Shown piece after piece: positions 31,950 through 42,173 of a stretch of 64,000 bases of DNA (position 1 is the first letter of the stretch; every line of letters starts with the position of its first letter). Position numbers and translations under genes: made by a program. This DNA is from a candidate division WOR-1 bacterium RIFOXYB2_FULL_42_35 (lineage in GTDB: Bacteria; Margulisbacteria; WOR-1; O2-12-FULL-45-9). The stretch lies in contig MEUC01000011.1 of assembly GCA_001771545.1 (NCBI GenBank), positions 10,071 to 74,070 on the forward strand, given 5' to 3'. Below the pieces are notes generated by a model. It did not search any database. It saw only the letters and a list, made by a program, of their open reading frames with translations, and was not told where the DNA came from.

Positions 31950-33073
31950 GAAGATCCTTCAAACTATTTACCATTTTTAATATTCCGATTGAGATAAATA
32001 TCAGCTGGTTCATTATTCTCAGCTTGATTGTCTTTACGCTGGCTCGAGGGTATTTCCCTTATACCAATCCAGAACTTTCAACTACTAGCCATTGGTTGAT
32101 GGCGCTAATTGCTGCGCTGCTACTATTTGCCTCACTTTTAGCCCATGAAATGGCCCATTCCTTAGTAGCCATAAAACATCAGCTGCCAATTCATGGCATA
32201 ACTTTATTTGTTTTTGGCGGTGTGGCACAGCTGGAAAAAGAACCGGACTCTCCCGCTGTTGAATTTAGAATGGCCATCGCTGGCCCAATTATGAGTTTTT
32301 CTTTGGCGGTATTGTTTTTTAGCTTAACCAAAACTTTCTACAATTTAGGCTTGCCTTCCCCTATCTTAGCCATTACCAATTATCTTTTTATGCTCAATTT
32401 GGTGGTAGGGATGTTTAACCTTATCCCTGGCTTTCCGCTTGATGGTGGTCGAGTGTTGCGTTCCATACTCTGGGCCTGGTTCAAAGATTTAAGAAGGGCG
32501 ACTAAAATTGCCAGTGCATTCGGCAAAACATTTGCTTTTGTTTTAATTGCCTTTGGTTTGTTTAATTTGTTTTCCGGGGCTTTTGTTTCCGGCATCTGGT
32601 TTATTTTTATCGGCTTATTCTTGCATGAAGCAGCTGGATCAAGCTATCGGCAAGTTGCCATGAAAAAGCTTTTAAGCGGAACAAAAGTAGCAGCGATGAT
32701 GACCAAGAATGTTATAACAGTTCCTGCTGAAATCACTTTAGATAAACTGGTTGACGATTACTTTTTTAAATATCGGCACGCCACTTTCCCAATCATGACA
32801 GATGATAATATTATTGGACTGGTAACTTTTCATGACATCAAAGAAGTAACCAAAGAAAAGTGGTCAACCACAACGGCACAGGACATCATGATTCCACTAA
32901 TTCATGATTTTGTGATTGACGCCCAAGCTGATGTCATGGAAGCCATGCCAATCTTAGCCAGGAACGGCCTGGGTCGCGCACTTATTATCGAAAATAAAAA
33001 ACTGATTGGTATCCTCTCGCAAAAAGATATCCTGCAATTATTTAAGTTTAAGTCGGCGATTGGTGGGAAATAA
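31946..33073 (+). CDS. site-2 protease (M50) with CBS pair
   Basis: HEMAH and NLIPGFPLDGG motifs; C-terminal CBS domains. Confidence 0.95.
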   Translation: MRRSFKLFTIFNIPIEINISWFIILSLIVFTLARGYFPYTNPELSTTSHWLMALIAALLLFASLLAHEMAHSLVAIKHQLPIHGITLFVFGGVAQLEKEPDSPAVEFRMAIAGPIMSFSLAVLFFSLTKTFYNLGLPSPILAITNYLFMLNLVVGMFNLIPGFPLDGGRVLRSILWAWFKDLRRATKIASAFGKTFAFVLIAFGLFNLFSGAFVSGIWFIFIGLFLHEAAGSSYRQVAMKKLLSGTKVAAMMTKNVITVPAEITLDKLVDDYFFKYRHATFPIMTDDNIIGLVTFHDIKEVTKEKWSTTTAQDIMIPLIHDFVIDAQADVMEAMPILARNGLGRALIIENKKLIGILSQKDILQLFKFKSAIGGK

Positions 33074-33081
33074 TCTCTACT

Positions 33082-33645
33082 ATGGAGAAACTCATCTGGC
33101 AACCAGGGACAATGGTCTACCCCGCTCCAGCAGTGTTAGTTAGCTGTGGGGATAAGCCAGAAAACTACAATATCATTACCATTGCTTGGACAGGCACAAT
33201 TTGTTCTGACCCAGCAATGACCTATGTTTCCATCCGTCCCTCACGACATTCATATGCACTCATTAAGAAGAACAAAGAGTTTGTCATTAATTTGACAACG
33301 AAGCGATTGGCTTTTGCGACCGACTTTTGCGGAGTAAAATCTGGTCGAGATATAAATAAGTTTGAGCGGCTAAAACTAACTCCTCTCAAAGGAGAAAAGG
33401 TTGCTGCCCCTTTGATCGAAGAGAGCCCCATTAACATTGAATGCCAAGTCACAGAAATAAAATCTTTGGGATCACATGATATGTTTCTAGCTAAGGTTTT
33501 GTGTATCCACGCCAGTAAAGAGTTTATGAATAAAGCGGGCAAGTTTGACCTGCGTAAAACTGACCCAATTTGTTATTCACATGGCAACTATTATGCGCTG
33601 GGGAAATGCCTGGGACACTTTGGATATTCAATTAAGAAACGTTAG
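33082..33645 (+). CDS. flavin reductase family protein
   Basis: YPAPAVLVS, CGVKSGRDINKF and GSHDMF motifs. Confidence 0.93.
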   Translation: MEKLIWQPGTMVYPAPAVLVSCGDKPENYNIITIAWTGTICSDPAMTYVSIRPSRHSYALIKKNKEFVINLTTKRLAFATDFCGVKSGRDINKFERLKLTPLKGEKVAAPLIEESPINIECQVTEIKSLGSHDMFLAKVLCIHASKEFMNKAGKFDLRKTDPICYSHGNYYALGKCLGHFGYSIKKR

Positions 33646-33676
33646 CCTTTACCACTTACACCGTACACTTTAAACC

Positions 33677-34648
33677 TTAAACATTCCCCATCACACTATC
33701 AATCAACTCCAACAACTCTTCATAACTTTTAACTTCTGTAACCCTGCGACGGACTTCATCTTTTTTTAAATACCACATGGCAATCTTGCGCATAAAACCG
33801 ATGTTCCCCCTAGGCCTTCTTTGTTTATACTTTTGCACATAAGCAAGGTGCTTTTTTAAAACCGCTATCTTTAGTTCTAAACTAACTTGATCCGCAACAG
33901 TTCCTGTTGCCAAATACTGTTCAATATTTTTAAATATCCAAGGATCACCGAATGAACCCCGGGCAACCAAAACACCATCACAACCGGTGCGATCAACCAT
34001 CTCCTTAGCCTTTTTCGGAGAGAAAACATTACCAGAACCAAAAACCGGAATAGTAACATTATATTTTATGGCCTTGATAGCCTCATAATCAATTTCCCCG
34101 GTATAAGCCTGCTTTTGCGTGCGACCATGAACAAAAAGCGCTGCTGCCCCACTCTGCTGGCATTTTTTAGCAATCTCGACAACACGAGCAACATTCCGCT
34201 CATCAAAGCCAGTCCGCAACTTAACTGTAATTGGCAAAGAGATAGCTTGCGTTAAGCTACTGATAATTCTATAAAGATCCTCTGGTCGAGAAAGAAGATA
34301 GGCCCCAGCTTTTTTCTTGAGGACTTTTTTAGCCGGACAGGCAGCATTAATATCAATAAAAGTAGGCTGAACAATTTCTAGCAGTTTACGAGCAGCTTCA
34401 ACCATTTTATCGGTACCAGAACCAAGCAGCTGCGCGGCAATTGGCTGATCATCCGGATGACTTTTGAGAATCTCAATGTTTTTACTGGCCCCATAGATCA
34501 AGGCATTAGCATCAAGCATCTCAAAAAAACCAAAGCCTGCCCCAAACTCACGCGCAATCAGCCGAAAAGCCAAGTCGGCACAACCAGCTAAGGGAGACAG
34601 AAAAACGTTGGTCTCAATTTTTTTATTACCGATTTTTATACTTACCAA
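33677..34648 (-). CDS. dusB: tRNA dihydrouridine synthase (DusB-like)
   Basis: IDINAACP, TVKLRTG, VHGRT and ARG motifs. Confidence 0.9.
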   Translation of the reverse strand: MVSIKIGNKKIETNVFLSPLAGCADLAFRLIAREFGAGFGFFEMLDANALIYGASKNIEILKSHPDDQPIAAQLLGSGTDKMVEAARKLLEIVQPTFIDINAACPAKKVLKKKAGAYLLSRPEDLYRIISSLTQAISLPITVKLRTGFDERNVARVVEIAKKCQQSGAAALFVHGRTQKQAYTGEIDYEAIKAIKYNVTIPVFGSGNVFSPKKAKEMVDRTGCDGVLVARGSFGDPWIFKNIEQYLATGTVADQVSLELKIAVLKKHLAYVQKYKQRRPRGNIGFMRKIAMWYLKKDEVRRRVTEVKSYEELLELIDSVMGNV

Positions 34649-34649
34649 A

Positions 34650-35621
34650 TTAAAACCTCACGGCCAAGCCGATATTGTGGTTCACAACCCCAGCACTATT
34701 CCCGGCAATAACATAAGCTCCCCAGTAACCCAGTTCCCAACCATCATTAAGTTTATATCCATAACCTAAAGTCATAAAGCCCGGGGTTGTTACCGATTTA
34801 TAATTATAGTACCCTGCTCGAAAACTACTGCGATAAAAACGCTGACCAGGTTGCGGCGAATATTCAAAACCACCAGAATAATATGGTCCACCGTATAAAG
34901 CCAATAAATCATACACCCCGGCATTGACAACTAAACCCTGAAGTTTCCCCTTGGGGCTCCAAGCTAGAGCAGGTCGAACATTAGGCGACTGCAAAATCCC
35001 CTGGCAAACCTTTATTTGTAAACTGGAATTATCCGGGGATGTGTACTCACCAGACAAAAGCCAAAAGTTTTCAATATGCACACCAAAAGACCACTCAGGA
35101 TGAAAACGCCAAAGATAATCCAAATCAATTACTCTTTCAAGATAATCCAGACGAACCAGCTGGCTTTGATAAATGCCATAGCCTTCTGTTCGATAAACAA
35201 CATAACCGACACCCACCGACATAGCTTCGAACCAGGGCAAACTAAAAGCCCGACCATAAGAAAGATAATATGAACCACCCCCACTCCAGGAAGCTGCTAA
35301 ACTCAATCCATTCCCTTGATTAATTTTTTGGGCATAGTTGATTGAATCATAGTAAGTGTTGCCGGAACGCGGTTCAGTATTAAAATAACCGGCAGGACTC
35401 CAAGCTTGACTGGTTAAAACTAGTTGCTGCTCACCGTCTCGCCAATTTTCCAACTGCGCAGCCCCGGCCCTATTCCAATAAGCCAGATTAGCATCATCAG
35501 CAACAGCAGTAAAAATACCCCCCATGGCCATGGGCCGAAAACCCCAACAGGCAAAAGAAGGAGAACTGATTACAAAAAGACACGTCAAAAATAAAAGATA
35601 TTTTTTTATCATTTTTTTCAT
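34650..35621 (-). CDS. outer-membrane barrel (FadL/PorV-like N-terminal motif)
   Basis: RPMAMGGIFTAVADDANLAYWN; signal peptide; terminal Phe. Confidence 0.75.
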   Translation of the reverse strand: MKKMIKKYLLFLTCLFVISSPSFACWGFRPMAMGGIFTAVADDANLAYWNRAGAAQLENWRDGEQQLVLTSQAWSPAGYFNTEPRSGNTYYDSINYAQKINQGNGLSLAASWSGGGSYYLSYGRAFSLPWFEAMSVGVGYVVYRTEGYGIYQSQLVRLDYLERVIDLDYLWRFHPEWSFGVHIENFWLLSGEYTSPDNSSLQIKVCQGILQSPNVRPALAWSPKGKLQGLVVNAGVYDLLALYGGPYYSGGFEYSPQPGQRFYRSSFRAGYYNYKSVTTPGFMTLGYGYKLNDGWELGYWGAYVIAGNSAGVVNHNIGLAVRF

Positions 35622-35677
35622 CCCCCTCTCTTCCTTAAGAGAGGGGGAGGTGTGCCAATCATAGATGGGGGTGAGTT
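35622..35677. repeat. REP-like GC hairpin
   Basis: CCCCCTCTCTT-cctt-AAGAGAGGGGG (11-bp perfect stem) followed by GGGGGTGAG. Confidence 0.7.
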
Positions 35678-35683
35678 AGTAAA

Positions 35684-35845
35684 TTACTTGTCGTTTTCTG
35701 CTACAAACTTTTTAATCTCTTCGATATTTTCCACGATCTTTTTGGCTTTTGACAAACCAAAAGAAAATGGGAATTTATCATTCTCATCATTTTTAATTAC
35801 TATCATCGGCCGGCCCTTAAACTCTGATCTTTCAATAATCGCCAT
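35684..35845 (-). CDS. 53-aa small protein (not in ORF track)
   Basis: MAIIERSEFKGRPMIVIKNDENDKFPFSFGLSKAKKIVENIEEIKKFVAENDK*; SD GGGAGG and TATAAT upstream. Confidence 0.8.
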   Translation of the reverse strand: MAIIERSEFKGRPMIVIKNDENDKFPFSFGLSKAKKIVENIEEIKKFVAENDK

Positions 35846-35933
35846 TGTTACCCTCCCTTTTTATTTAGTCTTGGCATTATAACATAGAGAACAACAAGAT
35901 AAAAAAACTTCCTTGAAAATTCCGGCGGAATAC

Positions 35934-37895
35934 TTATTCGTAACGCAAAGCAACAATTGGCAAGAGCTTGGCCGCCCGCCAGGCTGGCCAGAGACCAAAG
36001 ACTACTCCAACTAAAACCGAGAAAGTAAAAGCCAGGATGATCGAACCTAAAGAAATTAAAACATTCCAACCGGCAAAGGTAGCCAAGCTAAAACTAATCA
36101 ACGAACCAAAGCCAATCCCCACAATCCCGCCAAAAAGACAGATTAAAATCGACTCAACCAAAAACTGGACCATAATATCACTTTTCTCCGCTCCCAAAGC
36201 CTTGCGCAGGCCTATTTCATGAGTCCGCTCCATCACCATCACCAGCATGATATTCATAATCCCAATACCACCAACCAGTAAGCTGACCGCAGCAATCGCC
36301 CCTAAAAGATAGGCCAAGGTTGAGATCATTTCGCCGGCTGCCTTTTGAATCTCCGCCATATTACGAACTTCAATACTATCGCTTTGAGACTCTGGTAAGC
36401 GATGCAGTTTCACCAGCTGCACGATGATTTCATCCTGAACATACTGCATTGAATTTAGATCACTAACCTGAACGTCAAAGTAGCTAATATAATCACTGCC
36501 TAACAAACGATACATCGCTGTTTTTATCGGAATAACTATTTGATCATCAACATTACGCCAGCCAGAGACCCCTTTTTCCGGCATCACACCAATAACATTA
36601 AAGCTGACCTTATTAATGCGAATCCATTTCCCCACAGGATTTTCGGCACCAAACAATTCAGTTGCCACCGTTTTACCAAGCACAGCAACTTTGGCTCGGC
36701 TGGCAGCCTCTGCGGCTGTAAAAAACCGGCCAATATCCGGCACAGATTCACGCACATACTGAAAATCGTAATTGGAACCAACAATTGAAGTATTCCAGTT
36801 ACGATTTTGATAAACCGCCTGTCCTCGACCGCTAACATACGGCGCCACCTTTTCAACTGATTCAATTTGCTCGATCACAGCTAAATCAGCAAAGGTAAAA
36901 CGAGTTACAGAATCTGAGCCCAGGGAAATTCCATGACTGCGCTGTGAAGTTCGCACCATCAATAAGTTTGTGCCTAAACCGGAGAGTGTCTTCTCCATAG
37001 CCTTTTGCGCCCCTGTGCCTAAGGCCAACATGGTGATAACTGCAGCTACGCCAATCATCACCCCTAAAATAGAAAGGAAAGAGCGTAATTTATTATTTAG
37101 CAGAGATAAAGTTGCTTCATAGCAATAATCCTTAAGGCGCCCAAAAGAAAAAACACTTTTCCCTTTCTTATCTCCCCAATTAAAGACAGGAACAGAAGTT
37201 TTTATCCCGGGTTGTTTTCGATCGTCAGATAAAATACTGCCATCACGCAAAGTGATAATTCGTGAGGCATGGGCAGCCACATCGTGCTCATGCGTAACCA
37301 TGATAATCGTATTGCCTTGGGCATTAAGTTCTTTTAATAAATCAATGATTTCTTGCGACGATTTTGAGTCGAGGTTCCCGGTTGGTTCATCCGCCAGGAT
37401 AACTAACGGCTTATTAGCTAAGGCACGGGCAATGGCCACTCGCTGCTGCTGCCCACCAGAAAGTTCATTAGGCCTATGATGTAAGCGGTCTTCCAAACCA
37501 ATTTTCTTTAATACTTCGACACTGCGCTGACGGTTCTCTTTTGAGGCTTCGCCGGCATAGATAAAAGGCAACATGGTATTATCGGTAACATTGAGTTTGG
37601 GCAGGAGATTGAACATTTGAAAAATAAAACCAAAAAAGCGGTTGCGCAAACGGGCATACTCATTTTCAGTTAACCCGGTAATATCCTTGCCCAGCAATTT
37701 ATACTCACCGTTATCGGCATTGTCCAGCAGACCTAAAATCGCCAGCAGGGTTGACTTACCGGAACCGGAAGCCCCCATAATCGCCACGAATTCGCCTGCC
37801 TCAATCTTAAGGGAAACGCCCTGTAAGGCATGGACAGGCAGGTTGCCGCCAATATAGTAAGTCTTAACAATAGAATTGAGTTCAATTAAAGACAT
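35934..37895 (-). CDS. macB: MacB-type fused ABC ATPase-permease
   Basis: [16 protein letters not shown] and [22 protein letters not shown] motifs. Confidence 0.95.
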   Translation of the reverse strand: MSLIELNSIVKTYYIGGNLPVHALQGVSLKIEAGEFVAIMGASGSGKSTLLAILGLLDNADNGEYKLLGKDITGLTENEYARLRNRFFGFIFQMFNLLPKLNVTDNTMLPFIYAGEASKENRQRSVEVLKKIGLEDRLHHRPNELSGGQQQRVAIARALANKPLVILADEPTGNLDSKSSQEIIDLLKELNAQGNTIIMVTHEHDVAAHASRIITLRDGSILSDDRKQPGIKTSVPVFNWGDKKGKSVFSFGRLKDYCYEATLSLLNNKLRSFLSILGVMIGVAAVITMLALGTGAQKAMEKTLSGLGTNLLMVRTSQRSHGISLGSDSVTRFTFADLAVIEQIESVEKVAPYVSGRGQAVYQNRNWNTSIVGSNYDFQYVRESVPDIGRFFTAAEAASRAKVAVLGKTVATELFGAENPVGKWIRINKVSFNVIGVMPEKGVSGWRNVDDQIVIPIKTAMYRLLGSDYISYFDVQVSDLNSMQYVQDEIIVQLVKLHRLPESQSDSIEVRNMAEIQKAAGEMISTLAYLLGAIAAVSLLVGGIGIMNIMLVMVMERTHEIGLRKALGAEKSDIMVQFLVESILICLFGGIVGIGFGSLISFSLATFAGWNVLISLGSIILAFTFSVLVGVVFGLWPAWRAAKLLPIVALRYE

Positions 37896-38887
37896 TAGTT
37901 TTTCTTGGTAAAGGGATTAATTGGCCCCCGACGACCAGTCTCCGGAAAAAGTTCCTTGGTCAGCTTCGAAGTCGGAACAACCAACGTTTGACCATCAGCA
38001 AGCCCGGAGAGCACCTCAAGATCAGTAGTATTTTCTAATCCAACTGATATTTTAACGGCTTTAATCTCTTTGGATTCTTGATCACCAGTAAAAACATAAG
38101 CCTGCCCCTTGACCTTTTTGACAACTTTGAGAGGAACCAGCAAAGCATTGGCTTTCTCATTCAAAACAAAATCCACGGTAGCGCTCATCCCCGACCTAAA
38201 AAACGGGGGCACTTCATTTGGAATAACATCAACCGTATAAACGGTGACATTACTTATTTCTTCGGCTTCATAAGCAATGTGGGAAACATAACCGGGAATT
38301 TTCTTACCCTGATAAGCGTCAAGTTCAATGGCAACTTTTTGTTTAAGCTTGATCTGACCAATATCAGTTTCATCTACCTGAGCTTCAACGATTAAACGAT
38401 CAGCCATAACCAAGATGGGATCAGCTGCTGTTACAGATTGTCCCGGCTCAATATCCCTTTTAACAATAAAACCGTTGAGGGGTGCAATGATTGGCGCCGG
38501 CTTATAAATATCCTGCCAATGTTTATATTCATCTTCTCCTTGAGACCTGGCAGCATCCAACAAAGTTGCCCTCTCACTGGAGCTCATCCAGGCTAAAACC
38601 TGTCCAGTCCAAACCTTTTGTCCTTCTGTGACTAAAACACTGTCAAGCCGTCCGGCAATTGGCGGTTTTATTTCTACACGATTTCTAGGCAAAACAATCC
38701 CTGTCGAAGGCAGGGTTGCCAAAATATTGCCCCGTTTAACTTTAACGAATTTGAGAGGCTCTTCACTCTTGCCAGCACAACCAAACAATAAAAGAACCAA
38801 TCCCAAAACAAAAAAAGTCAGAAACTTTGTCTTAAAATAATTAATTCCATAATTTTGATCTTTGATTTTTGATCTTTGATTTTTCAT
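37895..38887 (-). CDS. macA: MacA-type periplasmic adaptor (lipoprotein-like signal)
   Basis: LLFGC, IIAPLNG, VDETDI and FRSGMSA motifs. Confidence 0.88.
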   Translation of the reverse strand: MKNQRSKIKDQNYGINYFKTKFLTFFVLGLVLLLFGCAGKSEEPLKFVKVKRGNILATLPSTGIVLPRNRVEIKPPIAGRLDSVLVTEGQKVWTGQVLAWMSSSERATLLDAARSQGEDEYKHWQDIYKPAPIIAPLNGFIVKRDIEPGQSVTAADPILVMADRLIVEAQVDETDIGQIKLKQKVAIELDAYQGKKIPGYVSHIAYEAEEISNVTVYTVDVIPNEVPPFFRSGMSATVDFVLNEKANALLVPLKVVKKVKGQAYVFTGDQESKEIKAVKISVGLENTTDLEVLSGLADGQTLVVPTSKLTKELFPETGRRGPINPFTKKN

Positions 38888-40113
38888 TTTTTAGTCCCTC
38901 CATAAGCTTTATACCAGCTCGCTTCAGCCAAATAGGCAGCCTTGCGATAGGTTAGCAGGTTGTTTTGAGCCGCAACATAATCGTTTTCTATTCTATCCCA
39001 ATCATCATAATTGATTAATCCATTTAAGTATTTTGCACGAGCAATTATTGCCCGCTCCTTAGCCGCAGCCAGTGAAACAGTTTTAACCTCTAAAGCTTCT
39101 AGGGCATCACTAAAATCACTATAAGCTTTTTGAACACTATAGCGCAGATCATTTTCAGACTGCTTAAAATCCTGTTCGGCCTTTTCCAGTTTTAAGTTAT
39201 AGATCATGGCATCAGCGATATTGCTACCACCAGGAAAGAAAGAATAAGACAGACTTAGTGTCCAACTACTGTTTTCTGAATTTGGCGGCCAGCTGTTACC
39301 ACGATTACTATAATTAGCACCTAAAGAAACTGAAGGGAGAAATCCGGCAATAGTGGCGTTCTTGGCAATTTGGGCAGATTCCAACTGATATTTAGCCATA
39401 ACATAGCTCGGTGACCTTTTAACCAGCTGATCAAAATTATCTTGACTAACAGCTTCTACGGAACCCAAATCCTGCAAATCATCAACATTTTGTTCAATTA
39501 GTTGCGACAGATTAAGTTTGGCTAAGGCCAGATCCCTTTTGGCTGCAGCAAAATCATATTCCGCCTGCGCTTGATCAGCTTGAGTCCGCATCAAATTACC
39601 CTTATCTTCCTTGCCACTTTTATAGCGCAAAGCAATTAGGCGCGCGTTGCTAATCCGTTGTTCCAGGATTTTTTCTAGGATAGCAACATTCTCCTGGGCA
39701 AAAAATAGGTCTAAGTAAGCTGAACGAATATTATAAGAAAACTCGGCTTCAGCCTTCTTTAAACTGGACTCATAATATTTTAGGTCGGCGTAGGCTGACT
39801 GCACATTGTAATAATTGTCTAGGCCGTCAAAAATAGATTGCGTGGCGCTTAAACCATAAGAATAAGTTCTCGCCGCAGCCCCAAAGCTGGCACTGGTTGA
39901 TAAATTAGCAGACAATTGCGGAAGATAACTTGAATAAGCTTTTTTATATGTCCACTGATACGATTCCAGTTGTTTCTGGGCACTTTTTAAATCGTGGTTT
40001 TTTTCGCGGGCTAAAGATTCTACTTCCGACCAATTCAAAGCAAAAACAACAGAGGAACAAACAACCATTGCTGTAATTAAAAAAAACTTCAGATGTTGCT
40101 TCGCATCACACAT
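38884..40113 (-). CDS. TolC family outer-membrane efflux protein
   Basis: Two OEP repeats (YLPQLS, FLPSVS; RYKSG, KYLNG). Confidence 0.92.
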   Translation of the reverse strand: MCDAKQHLKFFLITAMVVCSSVVFALNWSEVESLAREKNHDLKSAQKQLESYQWTYKKAYSSYLPQLSANLSTSASFGAAARTYSYGLSATQSIFDGLDNYYNVQSAYADLKYYESSLKKAEAEFSYNIRSAYLDLFFAQENVAILEKILEQRISNARLIALRYKSGKEDKGNLMRTQADQAQAEYDFAAAKRDLALAKLNLSQLIEQNVDDLQDLGSVEAVSQDNFDQLVKRSPSYVMAKYQLESAQIAKNATIAGFLPSVSLGANYSNRGNSWPPNSENSSWTLSLSYSFFPGGSNIADAMIYNLKLEKAEQDFKQSENDLRYSVQKAYSDFSDALEALEVKTVSLAAAKERAIIARAKYLNGLINYDDWDRIENDYVAAQNNLLTYRKAAYLAEASWYKAYGGTKK

Positions 40114-40164
40114 AACACATTACTCTTTACTCATTACTTATCAGTCTTTCCACTCATCATTATA

Positions 40165-40193
40165 TTAGACATCCGAGAAAAAGGAAAGGTTCC
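40165..40193 (-). promoter_or_regulatory. ECF-type promoter for tolC-macA-macB
   Basis: Minus strand GGAACC-N17-GTCTAA; same TGTCTAA -10 as at 20521 and 21781. Confidence 0.75.
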
Positions 40194-40235
40194 TTTTTAA
40201 TTCTAACAGTCCGGCTGTCATTTCCCCTCCTCGGC

Positions 40236-40282
40236 TTGACAAATATTACTTAACCGGTTAAACTATTTATCAGGTTAACTAT
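40236..40282 (+). promoter_or_regulatory. sigma70 promoter with candidate MarR operator
   Basis: TTGACA-N17-TAAACT; palindrome TTAACCGGTTAA (40250-40261) and related CAGGTTAACTAT downstream. Confidence 0.7.
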
Positions 40283-40286
40283 TTTT

Positions 40287-42173
40287 ATGGCTAAAAACAT
40301 CAAAGAATATGCTGATAAATTCGAAAGCGTTATGCAGGGCTTTATTAAAACCCTGCACTCCTCATCCGACTCTTCCCAGCCCAACAACCTGGATATAACC
40401 ATTGGCCAATGTCTTGTTTTACAAAATCTATATCAAAACGACAACTGCAAAATGTCCGACCTAAGCAAAGCCCTTGGCGTTACCCTCCCCAACATAACCG
40501 GACTAATTGATCGGCTAGAAAAAGAAGGCTTGGCAAAAAGAAACCACGACCCAAAAGATCGTCGCATAATTAGAATCACTCTCACAACAAAAGGCAAAAA
40601 AACCATCAAAAAGATCAAACAAAAAAAGCAGCAGCATCTCAGCTCAATTCTTGGTAAAATAACAAACAAAGAGAGGAAAACATTAATGGAAATCATGGAG
40701 AAAATTGCCGCGAAGCTAAAAAAAACCTGCGCTATCGTCACAATAGCCCTGCTCTGTTCCGGAGCTGTCTTTGCCAATAGTACGTTGAGCCTGGACGAAT
40801 TCATCAAAACAGCCGTTAAAAATAACCCTCAATACCGAATCTCTGCCCAGGACTATCTAATTGCCTTAGAACAAAACAAATCGGCCAATTCCCTACAGGA
40901 CTGGAACTTGGTAGCTTCAGGGTATTTTAACGAGGCAAACCCACCGCAAGCCAGCTCTTTCTCCCCCAGCTACCAAAAAATTGCCAGCTACTCATTTGGA
41001 GCCAGCAAATACCTGGCGGCATCAGGAACCGGCATTGAAATTAAAAACAGTAATACCAGAATGGCAGCCAATTATGGCTCAGCCAGTGCATTTTTTCCCA
41101 CCTCACCCTATTACACTTCTAATTTATCATTAACCATTACACAACCACTCCTGCGTAATGCTTTTGGCCTGGCAACAAGAAACAACCTGGCCATGGCCGA
41201 TAGCGCCCTGTCCATTGCCAAAGTCAAACTAAGTGAGGACTGGGAAAACTTTCTTACTACCCTAAAAGAAGAATACTTTAAATGGCAGTTGTGTCATTTA
41301 AACATTACCAATTACCAAACTAAAGTCAAAAAAGTTGAGGATCAGCTGGCCTTGGTAAAAAAACAGAACCGCTACGGTTTGTCAGAAGATCTTGACCTGG
41401 TGCAAATCGAACAAAAACTCCAAGGCTACAAAATTATGCTGGCACAAGCTGAAATGGCTTGCGATAACCAAACAGAGAAAGTCCTGGGTTTGATTAAAAA
41501 ATCCAACCTTGACTATCCCACCATTAGCCCGGAAAAATTCGTTAAAGACGGTACCGTGCTGCCAAAAGAGCAAGCCATAGCTTACCTGCTTAACAACTCC
41601 AATTTAAAACAAACCACTGATCTTTTGGTCAAGATACAACAGCAAAATCTCAACTCCAAAGACAACCAATTACTGCCCGACCTTAACTTAATTGCCCAGT
41701 ATAAGCCCAACGCCTTAACTTACAATTTTAGCGACAGTGTTATGCGGGTTGGCAGTAAAAGCGAATACAGCATTACCCTAAGTGCTTCCAGGACATTAGC
41801 CAACGACCAGGCCAACGCCGAAGCTAACAAAGCCAAGGCAGAATACGAAAAAGTCTTAAAAATTCAGGACAACACCCTGCTTAATGCCCAAGTTGGCCTG
41901 ACCAATCTCTACACCACCCTCTCTTATTTAGATAGTATGCTGGAGCTTAATAAACAGAGCTTAAAATTGGCCCAAGAACGGTTAACACTGGAACAAAAAA
42001 AGTTTAATCAGGGCCGTAGTTCGGTCTTTTTTGTCCTGCAAGCTGAAGATGATGTTTTGGCCGCAGACAATACTTATCTGGAAATACTTTTTAACCGCGA
42101 AAAGGTTATCAATCAAATTAAATCATTTACTGACCGTTATTTAATTGAATACAAGGAGCTGCTAAAAATATGA
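40287..42173 (+). CDS. MarR-TolC fusion protein
   Basis: MarR wHTH (ITGLIDRLEKEGL..DPKDRR..LTTKG), then KKTCAIVTIALLCSGAVFA signal, then TolC repeats; no stop between them. Confidence 0.9.
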   Translation: MAKNIKEYADKFESVMQGFIKTLHSSSDSSQPNNLDITIGQCLVLQNLYQNDNCKMSDLSKALGVTLPNITGLIDRLEKEGLAKRNHDPKDRRIIRITLTTKGKKTIKKIKQKKQQHLSSILGKITNKERKTLMEIMEKIAAKLKKTCAIVTIALLCSGAVFANSTLSLDEFIKTAVKNNPQYRISAQDYLIALEQNKSANSLQDWNLVASGYFNEANPPQASSFSPSYQKIASYSFGASKYLAASGTGIEIKNSNTRMAANYGSASAFFPTSPYYTSNLSLTITQPLLRNAFGLATRNNLAMADSALSIAKVKLSEDWENFLTTLKEEYFKWQLCHLNITNYQTKVKKVEDQLALVKKQNRYGLSEDLDLVQIEQKLQGYKIMLAQAEMACDNQTEKVLGLIKKSNLDYPTISPEKFVKDGTVLPKEQAIAYLLNNSNLKQTTDLLVKIQQQNLNSKDNQLLPDLNLIAQYKPNALTYNFSDSVMRVGSKSEYSITLSASRTLANDQANAEANKAKAEYEKVLKIQDNTLLNAQVGLTNLYTTLSYLDSMLELNKQSLKLAQERLTLEQKKFNQGRSSVFFVLQAEDDVLAADNTYLEILFNREKVINQIKSFTDRYLIEYKELLKI

